Part shown: piece by piece, positions 51,006-60,720 of the stretch
Layout: each line of letters opens with the position of its first letter
Numbering within the stretch: position 1 is the stretch's first letter
NCBI GenBank assembly: GCA_030550585.1
Contig: JAUQPB010000003.1
Span: 196,333-260,332, forward strand
DNA length: 64,000 bases
Origin: Thermoproteota archaeon
GTDB taxonomy: Archaea > Thermoproteota > Thermoprotei_A > Sulfolobales > Ignisphaeraceae
Reading direction: 5' to 3'
Made by a program: the position numbers and the translations under genes
Notes under the pieces: generated by a model
Database searches by the model: none
What the model was told of the DNA's origin: nothing
The model's input: only the letters and a program-made list of their open reading frames with translations

Positions 51006-52841
51006 TCACATACCTATATAGGCAAAGGTTGTTGCCAAGGCTGCGAGTGATACGGCTGTGAGTGCTGCTGCGTGTATGAATCCTGCTGCTGTGGTTGATT
51101 GCGATGCTTTTCCGGCTATCAATCCCATTATGAATGAGTTCACCATGCTCCCCATGGACAGGACTAGTATGAGTGGTGTTGCTGTGGCTATCGGTATTTT
51201 GGCTATGGACAGCAACATGTATAGAATTATCATAGGTATAGATGCTAGAAGTATGGCTCCGAAGTAGGGTAGGAACAGCTGTGATCTCATCCTCCTTCTT
51301 GTCTCCTCCTCCAACTCGCCTAGAGTCTGGGTAAACCTAGCCAAAGCGTCTATAACCTCGGGCGAGCCCCCACCAACAATTGTTGAGTCCACCAAGAACC
51401 TCAGAGATGCTATGACAAACCACTCCTTGACTCCTCTAAGCGCCTTTCTAATAGCCTCCTCAAGACTAAAACCTATGCTGAGTGCCGCTGCCGCTCTCTC
51501 CACAACAGGTGTCAAATTCCTGTAGTTCCTAGACGATACAAGCACTATACACTTCTCTGGGCTTAGACCAGTCTTCCTAATCTCGCTAATATCCCTCAGA
51601 AAATCTGCTGTGGATCTAACCAAACCCTTATGCGTCTTAACCACAGACCTATATTTTATGGCGGGGGGTATAGACACTGTTAGAAATGCTGCTGCAGTAG
51701 CGTAGACAAGAGATTTAACCCCTTGGGGGTCTATCACACCACCCAACACACTGATCCCGCCGGTGACGATAAGAACCAGTACAAATGCTGCAATCGATAT
51801 TGGTAGCCATGCCAATAGTGTTAGATACACCTCGTTATACCTGATAGGGGTTCTAGGCTGGTTCACATGTATAGCCCACATTATAGCAAAGCCCATGAGG
51901 GGCAAAACAAAGAAGTTGTAGAGTGCTGGAACAGTAACATCTATATTCATAGATGTTAACCCCTCTGGCGTTCTAGCTGCTTGTGCAGCTGATATAGCTG
52001 TATTAACTACGAAGAAGATGAACAGCGTTATGGAGACAACTATGCCAAATATGATGTATAGCTCTAGAAATGTTGCCAATCTATTGAGAATATTCCTAAC
52101 CTCGTTCATTCTCGATTCAATTAATTCCCTTGTTCTAATCTCTAGATAGTGTAGAACATCTCCACCACTTCTCAAAGTGGTTGTATAGCCAAGCATTATG
52201 TCTCTGAATCTCGTGCTCGGATGGTCCGATGCCACCTTCTCCAACGCTGTTATCGGGTCATCGCCAAACATCTTAATTCTTGTGATAACCATTTGGGCCT
52301 CTCTTCTAATAGCTTTGAAAACCCTCAACTGGCTAACCCTCTCAACAACCTTTTCAAGACCATAGCCTCCTCTGACCATTGTTGCCACATAAGCCATGAA
52401 GAAGGGCAGTTCATTCTCTGTCTCCACTTTTCTCATAGTCATAGCTACATAGGGATGTGCGAGTCTAACGACAAACACCATTATTGGTATTGTAACGCAT
52501 ATCACAATCCCTATTATCATCTGTACAACGCTTAGTCTAATGGTAAACATAGTAACAATGAATCCTATAACAACAAAAACAGCTGATAGAACTAACATTG
52601 CCATGGTCTCTGCTCCATACTTTATTGGGTGGATATGCAAACCAGCTCTAGAGAATAGCCTATCAAACTCAAATGTTTTAGCTAGAGCCCTACCCGGGGA
52701 CTCGAAGAATGATAAAGAAAAAGCTGTGAAAACATCTCTAACTGTTACCACAGGGCGTTGAGCAGTTTTTAGAGGTCTTGTAGATGTTGCTGCTTTCTTC
52801 TCTTTCTCCTCTTTCTTTCTCTTAAAGAATCCCAATCTCAT
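51006..52841 (-). CDS. Type IV pilus membrane platform protein (TadC/AapF/ArlJ-like)
   Basis: Two GspF-like repeats (ELPFFMAY..., DFLRDISE...); start re-set to the ATG at 52841 with GGAGG RBS, overlapping the ATPase stop. Confidence 0.9.
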   Translation of the reverse strand: MRLGFFKRKKEEKEKKAATSTRPLKTAQRPVVTVRDVFTAFSLSFFESPGRALAKTFEFDRLFSRAGLHIHPIKYGAETMAMLVLSAVFVVIGFIVTMFTIRLSVVQMIIGIVICVTIPIMVFVVRLAHPYVAMTMRKVETENELPFFMAYVATMVRGGYGLEKVVERVSQLRVFKAIRREAQMVITRIKMFGDDPITALEKVASDHPSTRFRDIMLGYTTTLRSGGDVLHYLEIRTRELIESRMNEVRNILNRLATFLELYIIFGIVVSITLFIFFVVNTAISAAQAARTPEGLTSMNIDVTVPALYNFFVLPLMGFAIMWAIHVNQPRTPIRYNEVYLTLLAWLPISIAAFVLVLIVTGGISVLGGVIDPQGVKSLVYATAAAFLTVSIPPAIKYRSVVKTHKGLVRSTADFLRDISEIRKTGLSPEKCIVLVSSRNYRNLTPVVERAAAALSIGFSLEEAIRKALRGVKEWFVIASLRFLVDSTIVGGGSPEVIDALARFTQTLGELEEETRRRMRSQLFLPYFGAILLASIPMIILYMLLSIAKIPIATATPLILVLSMGSMVNSFIMGLIAGKASQSTTAAGFIHAAALTAVSLAALATTFAYIGM

Positions 52842-54481
52842 GCCAGTCCAACCTCCTTTAGAACAGACTTGGGCTCCACATAGTATCTGTAGACATAGGT
52901 TGAAACTGATCTGTAATCGCTTAAACCTCTTTTTGCTAGCCACAGCAACACTTGTTTTCTCCTCTCCACCTCTTCTATTAGTTCGTTCTTTGATATTCCG
53001 GTCAACTCTCTTATCTTGTCTATTACAATGCTTTTACTGAGATCTATAGCAAATGTGTCTTCGGCTGGGTTCCACCTCGCTATCTCTACATAGTTTTCAT
53101 AGTCTTTCACCTCCCACAAATTCGTTATTCTTCTAGCTGGTCTTGGCCTACCCTTCTCATCTCTTATCTGAACCCTTCTTATCACCATGGCTATATTCAC
53201 TAGCGGTATGTATGAGGGTGGTATATTCATTGGTGGTGAGGTAAGCCTCTTTACAGCAGCATCTATGTTCTCAGCGTGGAGCGTTGTCATACCGCTGTGT
53301 CCAGTTGCAATGGCTTGGAAAAGAACATATGCCTCTTCGCCTCTAACCTCGCCTACAACAATGACATCTGGCCTATATCTAAGCGATAGCTTCACCAAGT
53401 GGAACAAAGACACCTCTCCAACACCGCTACCAATATATGATGGTCTTGAGACAAGCTGAACCCAGTTCTCGTGGGGTAGTCTAAGCTCTGGTGTATCCTC
53501 TATGGTCACTATCTTGTAGGTGGGTCTGAGGAGCGTTGCTAGGGCATTCAACGTCGATGTTTTGCCTGCACCAGTCACACCAAGAATTAGCGTCGTCATT
53601 TTGTAGTCCATGGCAAGCCAGAAATAGGCTGCCATGTCAGGGGAGATCGTTTTGAAGTTTATCATATCAACTATCGTTATAGGCGATTCGCTGAACTTTC
53701 TTATAGTGAAGGTCGAGCCTGCTGTCGACACCTCTTTCCTGAATGTAGCCGCAAGTCTGTGCCCCCCAGGGAGTATAGCATCTAGAATTGGATATGCAAC
53801 AGATATGTGTTTACCAGCCATATGAGCAAGCTTAAGTATGTATTCGTCGAGTTCCCCCTCTGATGCAAACTCTATGTTTGTTGGTAGAGACTCGTATTTT
53901 CTGTGCCAAACATACACAGGTTTCTTCGGGCCATTACACGATATATCCTCTATGTATCTATCCCTGAATATAGGGTCTAAAATGCCATAGCCAACAATAT
54001 CCCTGTCAACATAGTACATGATCTTGCTCCACGAAAGCCCAGGTGTTCTCGTGAACTTTATTTGAAACTCCTTTATAATCCTCCTAGCTATCCTCCTTAT
54101 CTCGCTAGCAACATCAACATCCAACTTTGCAATAGGTTTCAACTCCCACACTATGTGATCTCTTATCTCCTTGTATATCTTCTCCTCTTCAGGTGTTAGC
54201 GAAACCTCCTGCACCTCATATATGAGCTTCCCCTCTGGGTCTTCAACAATGTTTATATATGCATAGGGCTCGTATATAGGATATGTATCGACAACCTTGT
54301 AACCGGGTCTAATACTATATAGTGTATGCGAATATCGCGATTCTGATTTAGGTAGCTCCCTAGTCTCTTCAGCGCTCTCCAAACGCTCCTCCTCTACTTT
54401 GCTTTCTTTTTTAGACTTGCCAAAAATTCCGCTGAAGCTCCATAAGCGTTTTGATTCCCTGTTTCTACTTATTATTATCAC
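52838..54481 (-). CDS. Type IV pilus assembly ATPase (AapE/ArlI-like)
   Basis: IEDISCNG, FTIRKF, GVTGAGKT, TIEDTPEL, LRYRPD, GEVRG, TGHSGMTTLHA. Confidence 0.95.
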   Translation of the reverse strand: MIIISRNRESKRLWSFSGIFGKSKKESKVEEERLESAEETRELPKSESRYSHTLYSIRPGYKVVDTYPIYEPYAYINIVEDPEGKLIYEVQEVSLTPEEEKIYKEIRDHIVWELKPIAKLDVDVASEIRRIARRIIKEFQIKFTRTPGLSWSKIMYYVDRDIVGYGILDPIFRDRYIEDISCNGPKKPVYVWHRKYESLPTNIEFASEGELDEYILKLAHMAGKHISVAYPILDAILPGGHRLAATFRKEVSTAGSTFTIRKFSESPITIVDMINFKTISPDMAAYFWLAMDYKMTTLILGVTGAGKTSTLNALATLLRPTYKIVTIEDTPELRLPHENWVQLVSRPSYIGSGVGEVSLFHLVKLSLRYRPDVIVVGEVRGEEAYVLFQAIATGHSGMTTLHAENIDAAVKRLTSPPMNIPPSYIPLVNIAMVIRRVQIRDEKGRPRPARRITNLWEVKDYENYVEIARWNPAEDTFAIDLSKSIVIDKIRELTGISKNELIEEVERRKQVLLWLAKRGLSDYRSVSTYVYRYYVEPKSVLKEVGLA

Positions 54482-54872
54482 TTCTCTCTACCTAACACTA
54501 AAACTTGTAAATAAAGATTTAAATAATTTTGAGAAACCATCACCAAGTGGTAGTTAAGATTCGGGGGTATAGTTTCTAGACAGTTCTGTAATTAGATGTG
54601 CCAAAGATAGTTCACATAGCTAGAATTGCTTAACCAAAAAGCTGTGCGGAGATAATTAAAGTAATGGCTATTCCAGCTACCTATTGCTAAGAGTTGTTGA
54701 TAGCGCAACAATGGCAAAAGAAATAGAATTTGCAGAGATGGAGGTTAGCAAGTGTGTTATGCAGATCTGGGCTACAGTATTTGAGCCTGCTATAGCCGTA
54801 GCAAAATTTATATGACTGCATATAAAAGCATATGCTCTTCGTGGCTTAGCTTATGTCTCCATTTGATTGTTT

Positions 54873-55019
54873 TTAATCGCTTTCTTCTATTACCACTACC
54901 TTAACCTTCTTTCCGTGTAGTTTTGATAGCTTTTCTTGGTATTCTTTTGGTGGGTATATCAGGTATTTCCTCATGGTTTTAACAATCTTTGCTTCAAACA
55001 CATATATAGAGACCATCAC
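54873..55019 (-). CDS. Small AbrB-like/DUF2080-like transposon-associated protein
   Basis: VFEAKIVKTMRKYLIYPPKEYQEKL..LHGKKVKVVV; divergent from tnpB; exact start uncertain. Confidence 0.55.
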   Translation of the reverse strand: MMVSIYVFEAKIVKTMRKYLIYPPKEYQEKLSKLHGKKVKVVVIEESD

Positions 55020-55080
55020 TTTCACCATATAGGTAATAGAGTGTAAAAACTTATAAATTTGCACTCTGAATAACTAATGT

Positions 55081-56333
55081 TGTGAGTTCCGATGAAGGCG
55101 TTTATCCACCTAGGCTGTAGGTGGATGCCTGAGGGTGCATACTACAAAGCCTTTAAGGCTGAGGCAGAGGTTGTCGAAGGGAATGCTAGCGACTTGCTGT
55201 GGGATTTAACGATATATAGGTATGCTTTGCAAAAGGTTGTAGACGCTCTATGGGATTTAGATGGGCTTCCGAAGAAGAGTCAGCTACACCAAATGTTCTA
55301 CCCAGTGCTCAGAGAATATGGCTTTAGAGCGCATGTGGCTAGAAATATCTACAGCTATGCACTAGCCTTGGTCAAAGCCGCTAAAAACAGCAATGGCGAC
55401 AAGCCAAAGATTAAAAGATTGTCTGCTAGACTAGACCACCAGGATGCAAGAGTTGAGCTAGACAAAGGAGTTGTCAAAGTTGTTTTGAGAAACAAGCAAT
55501 ATACTCTTAGATTAAAGCATAGGAGAGAGTACATCGAGAGGTTTAGGAATTTAAAGTGGAAAGAGGTTCACGTAAAGTACGAGAATAAGAAAGTCTTTGT
55601 TAGCATAGTCTTCGAGGTTAGGTACAATCCATATGTTCCAAAAGGCTTAACAGCAGTTGATGTGAATCTGAGAACTGTTACAACATTCGACGGCTCTGAA
55701 ACTAGAAGATATAGAACAAGATTTGTCGAGGCATTGAGCAAGAAGGCTAGAGCTGAAGAGATACAGAAGAGATATTCTAAGAGGTGGAGATACAATGAGA
55801 AGACTCTGAATAGAGTCAGAGCTCTACATAGAAAAGCTAGAAACATCATAACCGATTTCTGCTGGAAACTAGCAAAGGAGGTTGTAGCTAAAGCGTATAG
55901 ACAAAAGCATGCTATTGCCTTGGAAGACCTAGAGTACTTGAGGAACTCTATTAATGGCAAAAGCAGCGGTGTTAGGTGGAGGCTAACACTATTTGCCTAT
56001 AGAAAGCTTCAACATACTATTATAGCCAAGTCAATTGAGTACAACGTCCCAGTAGTTGTTGTAGACCCAAGAAACACGTCATCGATTTGCCCAAGATGCG
56101 GCTCTAAGCTAATCTACGTGAGCAGGCTAGCAATCTGCAGGAAATGCGAGTTCAAAAGAGACAGGGATTTTGTTGGAGCAATAAACATCTACTTACGGGG
56201 GATGTGGGGAAGCATCGGGTCTTCCCCAAACGGGGGTGGAATGAAGAATGAAACCCGACAAACCACCCCAAACAGAAATGAGCCGATGACCACTTATATA
56301 AAATCATATACAAGCATATAAAGAGGTGAACCC
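55081..56333 (+). mobile_element. IS200/IS605-superfamily solo-TnpB element (no tnpA)
   Basis: Boundaries inferred from homology with the miniature copy at 40659-40868; hairpin CCACCTA-ggctg-TAGGTGG at 55106-55124. Confidence 0.75.
55125..56321 (+). CDS. tnpB: RNA-guided endonuclease TnpB
   Basis: RuvC-I AVDVN, RuvC-II ALEDL, zinc ribbon CPRC/CRKC, RuvC-III RDRDFVGAINI; start moved to the ATG at 55125 (GGTGG RBS). Confidence 0.92.
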   Translation: MPEGAYYKAFKAEAEVVEGNASDLLWDLTIYRYALQKVVDALWDLDGLPKKSQLHQMFYPVLREYGFRAHVARNIYSYALALVKAAKNSNGDKPKIKRLSARLDHQDARVELDKGVVKVVLRNKQYTLRLKHRREYIERFRNLKWKEVHVKYENKKVFVSIVFEVRYNPYVPKGLTAVDVNLRTVTTFDGSETRRYRTRFVEALSKKARAEEIQKRYSKRWRYNEKTLNRVRALHRKARNIITDFCWKLAKEVVAKAYRQKHAIALEDLEYLRNSINGKSSGVRWRLTLFAYRKLQHTIIAKSIEYNVPVVVVDPRNTSSICPRCGSKLIYVSRLAICRKCEFKRDRDFVGAINIYLRGMWGSIGSSPNGGGMKNETRQTTPNRNEPMTTYIKSYTSI

Positions 56334-56498
56334 AAGCTGGTGCCTAGGTTTTTCTATCCACAATTTTGTTAGATTATGTATTAAATGGTTATGCACATGT
56401 TTTATGAGAGAACTATTGCTATTAATGAGGTTTGTGAGGAGAGGGATTACCCTTGTATATTGAATTAAAAAATTGATTTGCTTCTTTTATCTCTATCA

Positions 56499-56912
56499 CT
56501 ATGATAATTTGAGCACAATTGTTCTTGGAACATCATCTACATATACAACTGTAATCTTTGCCCCAACATCTAATCCGCTCAGAATTTCAAGCTCTTTTCT
56601 AACTGTTGTCAACAACGTTATCTTACTATTTATTGCCTCAACAGCTGATTCTAAGGCTGATAGCTCTTGTGATGGAGAGGGGTTGACTATTATCTTAACA
56701 TTTTTTAGTTCTACCTCATTCGAGGGCGTTGCCTCAGAAATGCCAAGTTTGCCTAAGAGGCTCTTCAACTTCTTCTCTTGCTCGCTTTTAACTCTGAGCT
56801 CCTCTAATCGTCTAAGCATTTCGCCAAGTCTCTTCCTATACTCCGCTAATGTATCGTCAACACTCTTCATAAATTCATTCAAATTATTGAACTCCCGAAT
56901 AACTGCCGCCAT
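56499..56912 (-). CDS. Coiled-coil hypothetical protein
   Basis: Two heptad helices separated by a beta segment; C-terminal VVYVDDVP. Confidence 0.65.
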   Translation of the reverse strand: MAAVIREFNNLNEFMKSVDDTLAEYRKRLGEMLRRLEELRVKSEQEKKLKSLLGKLGISEATPSNEVELKNVKIIVNPSPSQELSALESAVEAINSKITLLTTVRKELEILSGLDVGAKITVVYVDDVPRTIVLKLS

Positions 56913-57104
56913 ATAGACACCGCTCTGCTTCTCTATTTTCTGATACCAAACACTCAGAATTAAAATATTTTTTGAGATATCACGTTGTTAAATAGCTCTT
57001 AACATTATTTTGCCAATCCAACAACTTGATATAGATCTTTTGTGAAAACTTGCAAAAATCTGGAAAAAGACTGTTTTATTAACTTCATAAATACATAAAT
57101 ATCT

Positions 57105-58067
57105 TTGTTCGAAACAATCTATCTGGGCTTACCTAGGGTGTGGCAAATGTTCTTGGGTAGTGGCACAATAGTAGAGGTTGCTGAGGCGAGGGTAAAGAGT
57201 TTAGGACGTATTCTAAAAGACTATGTTGCTAAGAATTTTAGTGGGTATGTAATTTTCCGAAATGATGTACGAGGGGTATACATATTCATAGCTCTAGTCG
57301 AAGGGCGTCTCGCGGCATGTAGATCCATAGAAGCTGGTAGAGTATACGAGGGTGCAGAATGTAGCGAAACGGCGATGAAATATTTGTATGAGCCTGAAGG
57401 CGTTATAGAGGTTCAAAATGCCCCCCACAACCTACTAATCTTGGATGCAACTATATTTCCGTTGTCGAAGATAGAGAGGCCAACATCTCTATCCTCACTA
57501 TTGGGAGCTGAGGTGGGTGTGCAAAGGGTTGTTGCTGCTCCCCCTAGTCCTTCCATCACTGTGCCTCCTCCACCAGCACAGCCTGTTACAACACCTGCAA
57601 CACAGCCTATGCCTAAAGAGGTTGCTGTAGCAAAAGAAGTTACTCCAGAAAAGCCGGTAAAGGAACTGCCTCCACAGCCACAGCCTGTACCACCCCCACC
57701 TCCTCCAGCTCTACCTAAAATAGAGAAGCCAACCGAGGCTGAGATTACCGTATCTAGTGAGTGCATAGATCCGCTAGCCTTGTACATGGTGATAAAATCT
57801 GGGCAACTCCTAGAAGCACTGACAAGCCCTTCACCATATAGAGAGCTACTAGAGAAGATAAGAAATATTGTGAAGGAAAGAAAGCCCAGCTATATCTACA
57901 TAAGTGGCGAGCTTGAGGGAGCCACATTAAAGATTTTGTATGATTCGCAAAGCTCAAGCATAAGCATAACTATTGAGAGAGAAGGAGCCTCGATATGTGG
58001 TAATGAAGCTAGAAAAGAGCTAGAGGGCAAATCTATATCAAATGTAAAGATATGGCATGTCGCATAA
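57105..58067 (+). CDS. DUF2226/PATAN-like domain protein with Pro-rich linker
   Basis: FSGYVIF...IALVEGRLAAC...YEG...GVIEV; poly-Pro linker; second related domain at the C-terminus; start probably ATG 57147. Confidence 0.6.
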   Translation: MFETIYLGLPRVWQMFLGSGTIVEVAEARVKSLGRILKDYVAKNFSGYVIFRNDVRGVYIFIALVEGRLAACRSIEAGRVYEGAECSETAMKYLYEPEGVIEVQNAPHNLLILDATIFPLSKIERPTSLSSLLGAEVGVQRVVAAPPSPSITVPPPPAQPVTTPATQPMPKEVAVAKEVTPEKPVKELPPQPQPVPPPPPPALPKIEKPTEAEITVSSECIDPLALYMVIKSGQLLEALTSPSPYRELLEKIRNIVKERKPSYIYISGELEGATLKILYDSQSSSISITIEREGASICGNEARKELEGKSISNVKIWHVA

Positions 58068-58284
58068 AGATTGGGCAAAGCATATGCCTTTGGATTTGAC
58101 AGAATATGTTTAACTGCAACACTATCTCACAATAAGGTTAGCTTTTAATGGGCTAACATCTCCACGTTTCTTACAGTTTGCCGAATCCAATCACACAATT
58201 TAGTATCTATGGAATTGCCACTACACCTATAGAGGTGCCTCGATGTAATAATAGAATTGCCGCGCAGATACCCCACTAAAAATA

Positions 58285-58341
58285 TGTTCAGCACTCAAGA
58301 CCCCTATCATCTTGTCAACCCCGCTAAACGCTCATCATCTC
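58285..58341 (-). ncRNA. Box C/D guide sRNA (D guide matches tRNA-Leu(CAA) anticodon arm)
   Basis: Minus strand C ATGATGA - gcgtttagcgggg - D' TTGA - C' ATGATAG - gggtcttgagtg - D CTGA. Confidence 0.75.
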
Positions 58342-58426
58342 TTTTTCAAGCAATTTATTTTCAACAAAACACTAAAGTTACGTTACTAATTATAGTTGTT
58401 ACTGGTAAATATAGGTTTGGATTAAC

Positions 58427-59233
58427 ATGAGGCTTTTGAGAAATTCTGAAGTAGATGCCATTGTATCTAGATCAGATGTTGTTATAGAGGTTGTCGAGGC
58501 TAGGAATCCTTTAGAGACTAAAAGCAGAGTTATAGAAAGTATAGCTAGGAAAAAAGATAGAAGGTATATTCTAGTATTGAATAAATGTGATCTTGTGCCA
58601 AGACATGTCTGTAGGGAGTGGGTAGGCTATTTCAAGGAGATTGAAACTAATGCACTTTGTGTGTCATCCATCAAAAGAATTGGCGTAAAAGAGCTGAGGC
58701 GCATGCTCATAGATTTTGCTGAGAATAAGAAGCCTATTAATGTATCTCTATTTGGCTTGCCAAAAGTTGGCAAGTCGTCTTTAATAAATGCTTTGAAAGG
58801 CAGGGACTCAGCACCGACAAGCCCATATCCAGGATCCTGGGGGTATACAAAAGGCATAACTTTATACAATATCATGCCAGGTATATACCTGGTTGATACC
58901 CCTGGCTTTGTCCCACCGGATGTGAAAGGATTCGAGGTGTTGATAAGAAGTAGACCTATAGACCTCGTGCCAAATCCTATAGCAATAGCAAAAGAGATTA
59001 TAGTTAGGATAATGCGTTTTAACCCTATTTCCATTGAGAGAGCCTATGGATTAGCAACAACAGATTACTTAAAGCTGTTAGAGCATATAGCCATCAAAAG
59101 AGGGTGGTTCTATAAAACAACAAAAGAGCCTAATATCGACGAAGCTGCAAAGGCTGTAATAAGAGATTATCTGAATGGCAAACTCACATTCTATTTAAAT
59201 CCCCCTACAAGAAGCTCTATCGACTCTCGCTAA
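58427..59233 (+). CDS. Circularly permuted RbgA/YlqF-family GTPase
   Basis: G4 NKCD precedes G1 GLPKVGKSS and G3 DTPG. Confidence 0.92.
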   Translation: MRLLRNSEVDAIVSRSDVVIEVVEARNPLETKSRVIESIARKKDRRYILVLNKCDLVPRHVCREWVGYFKEIETNALCVSSIKRIGVKELRRMLIDFAENKKPINVSLFGLPKVGKSSLINALKGRDSAPTSPYPGSWGYTKGITLYNIMPGIYLVDTPGFVPPDVKGFEVLIRSRPIDLVPNPIAIAKEIIVRIMRFNPISIERAYGLATTDYLKLLEHIAIKRGWFYKTTKEPNIDEAAKAVIRDYLNGKLTFYLNPPTRSSIDSR

Positions 59234-60229
59234 AACCCTCTTATAGTATCTCTCATCTAATTGAAGTTCCTTCATAAGCCTTTTAATCATATCCTCTAGA
59301 GCCTCATTCCCTCTACACATTTTTGAAACCTCGTAGACCACCCTATAGATCTTATCATCAACCCCCATAGCATCTTTGATAGCCTCATCCATGGTTTTGC
59401 CAGCAAATCTAACATCCAAGACTATCTCTATAACCTTGTTTATCTCTTTTGGAACGCCTATAACACTACCCCTATATGTTATCGACTTTCTCTCTGCATT
59501 CAATCCTCTTACCATATTTGCTCCATATGTGGCAAATGGTCTTGGAAACATATCGTCTACCAATAGCTCAACCAAAAACACATCGCCATTCATTACATCG
59601 TTTTCAGTAAGTCTATCCGATGCATAGGGATCTAGTACTATGACTCTATGGTTTTTCAGAAGATCGTAAGGAAACTTGTGGAGTACCTTAATAGAGTTCT
59701 TAAATGAGTTTAGCAATGCCATTATCTCATGGGATGGGAAGACAAGTAAAACATTTAAATCAGTCAAATATTGCCTAACAATGTTTATAGATACCAACAA
59801 CTGCTTCAAAGCCTTCTTCTTTTCATATTCATGGTGAAGCTCCCAGAAAAGCGCATCAAATACTATGATAGGCCTTCTTGGATAGATCTCAGCAAATATG
59901 CTCAAAAAATGGTTTGTGAAATCATCGCCGAGGCAAGGGCTCTTAGCATCCTTTACAACAAGGTTAAAAGTATTTGATTCCCTTGTTATTCTAGCTATTG
60001 AAACGCCTTTGTAGAAACCTATGATTTTGCCGGAGACGTTTTCCCTACATAGTTTTGCTTTGCCAATAATTATGTTATTCGCTATCTCATTTAGAATTTC
60101 ATAGCTGTGTATAATTCTACCACGGTATCTCTCAGTTATTTTTCCATATAACAACGAGTCTATAACAAGACCATCGGCATTAAGACTGGCAACAACTTGT
60201 GTAACCACATCAGCTACTATCTGCATCAT
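59195..60229 (-). CDS. trm10: Archaeal Trm10 tRNA m1R9 methyltransferase (SPOUT)
   Basis: HHEYEKKK..KQL, IVLDPYA, LLVDD, ITYRGSVIGVP.EIN. Confidence 0.75.
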   Translation of the reverse strand: MMQIVADVVTQVVASLNADGLVIDSLLYGKITERYRGRIIHSYEILNEIANNIIIGKAKLCRENVSGKIIGFYKGVSIARITRESNTFNLVVKDAKSPCLGDDFTNHFLSIFAEIYPRRPIIVFDALFWELHHEYEKKKALKQLLVSINIVRQYLTDLNVLLVFPSHEIMALLNSFKNSIKVLHKFPYDLLKNHRVIVLDPYASDRLTENDVMNGDVFLVELLVDDMFPRPFATYGANMVRGLNAERKSITYRGSVIGVPKEINKVIEIVLDVRFAGKTMDEAIKDAMGVDDKIYRVVYEVSKMCRGNEALEDMIKRLMKELQLDERYYKRVLARVDRASCRGI

Positions 60230-60275
60230 TAGTCTAATTCAAGACCCAGACTAAAAGTTCTTTATCCTAATTGTT

Positions 60276-60689
60276 CTAAGCTGTAGTTGCTACACCTGCT
60301 TCTGCGGAACTGCTTGTGGTTGCAATATTCTCAGCGTTTATCGCTGGATTTGAGTCTGATCCATCTGCAGTTGCAAAGGTGAATTTCTTATTGGTTAGAA
60401 GAATGTCTAGAAGTTTCTTCCCTGTTTCAGAAAGTCTATAGATTTTGTAGTTGCCTCTAGTATAAACAACCTCGACTATGCTTAGAGCCTCCAAAACATG
60501 GAATGCCGCCAAAACCTCGTATCTAGGCAAGCCAGTCACAGCTATCACATCACTTGGCGATGCGATCCTATCCTTCAATGCGTTTAGTATCGTCAACAGC
60601 TTTTCCCGGGGAGTCAAAAACAATTCACCGATATCCTCATTATTTAGCAAAGGGTTATTATAAGGAGGCAGACTAATCACAATGTACAT
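60276..60689 (-). CDS. Winged-helix transcriptional regulator
   Basis: SPSDVIAVTGLPRYEVLAAFHVLEAL...YRLSETG; start uncertain. Confidence 0.75.
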   Translation of the reverse strand: MYIVISLPPYNNPLLNNEDIGELFLTPREKLLTILNALKDRIASPSDVIAVTGLPRYEVLAAFHVLEALSIVEVVYTRGNYKIYRLSETGKKLLDILLTNKKFTFATADGSDSNPAINAENIATTSSSAEAGVATTA

Positions 60690-60720
60690 TACTTTAACTT
60701 CTCATATTAGATAGGGGTTT

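Noticed and set aside
52842-52943. N-terminal extension of the pilus platform ORF
   Set aside because: Overlaps the ATPase gene by about 100 nt; ATG 52841 has a GGAGG RBS and a typical 4-nt overlap
50074-54481. Archaellum operon
   Set aside because: No arlH/arlF/arlG/arlX; the short pilins and gene order fit an Aap-like adhesive pilus
55092-55124. ORF-track start of tnpB (MKAFIHLGCRW)
   Set aside because: This stretch is conserved at nucleotide level in the miniature element and forms a hairpin; ATG 55125 has the RBS
57530-57720. C-rich low-complexity repeat
   Set aside because: Explained by the proline-rich linker of the encoded protein; not a DNA repeat element
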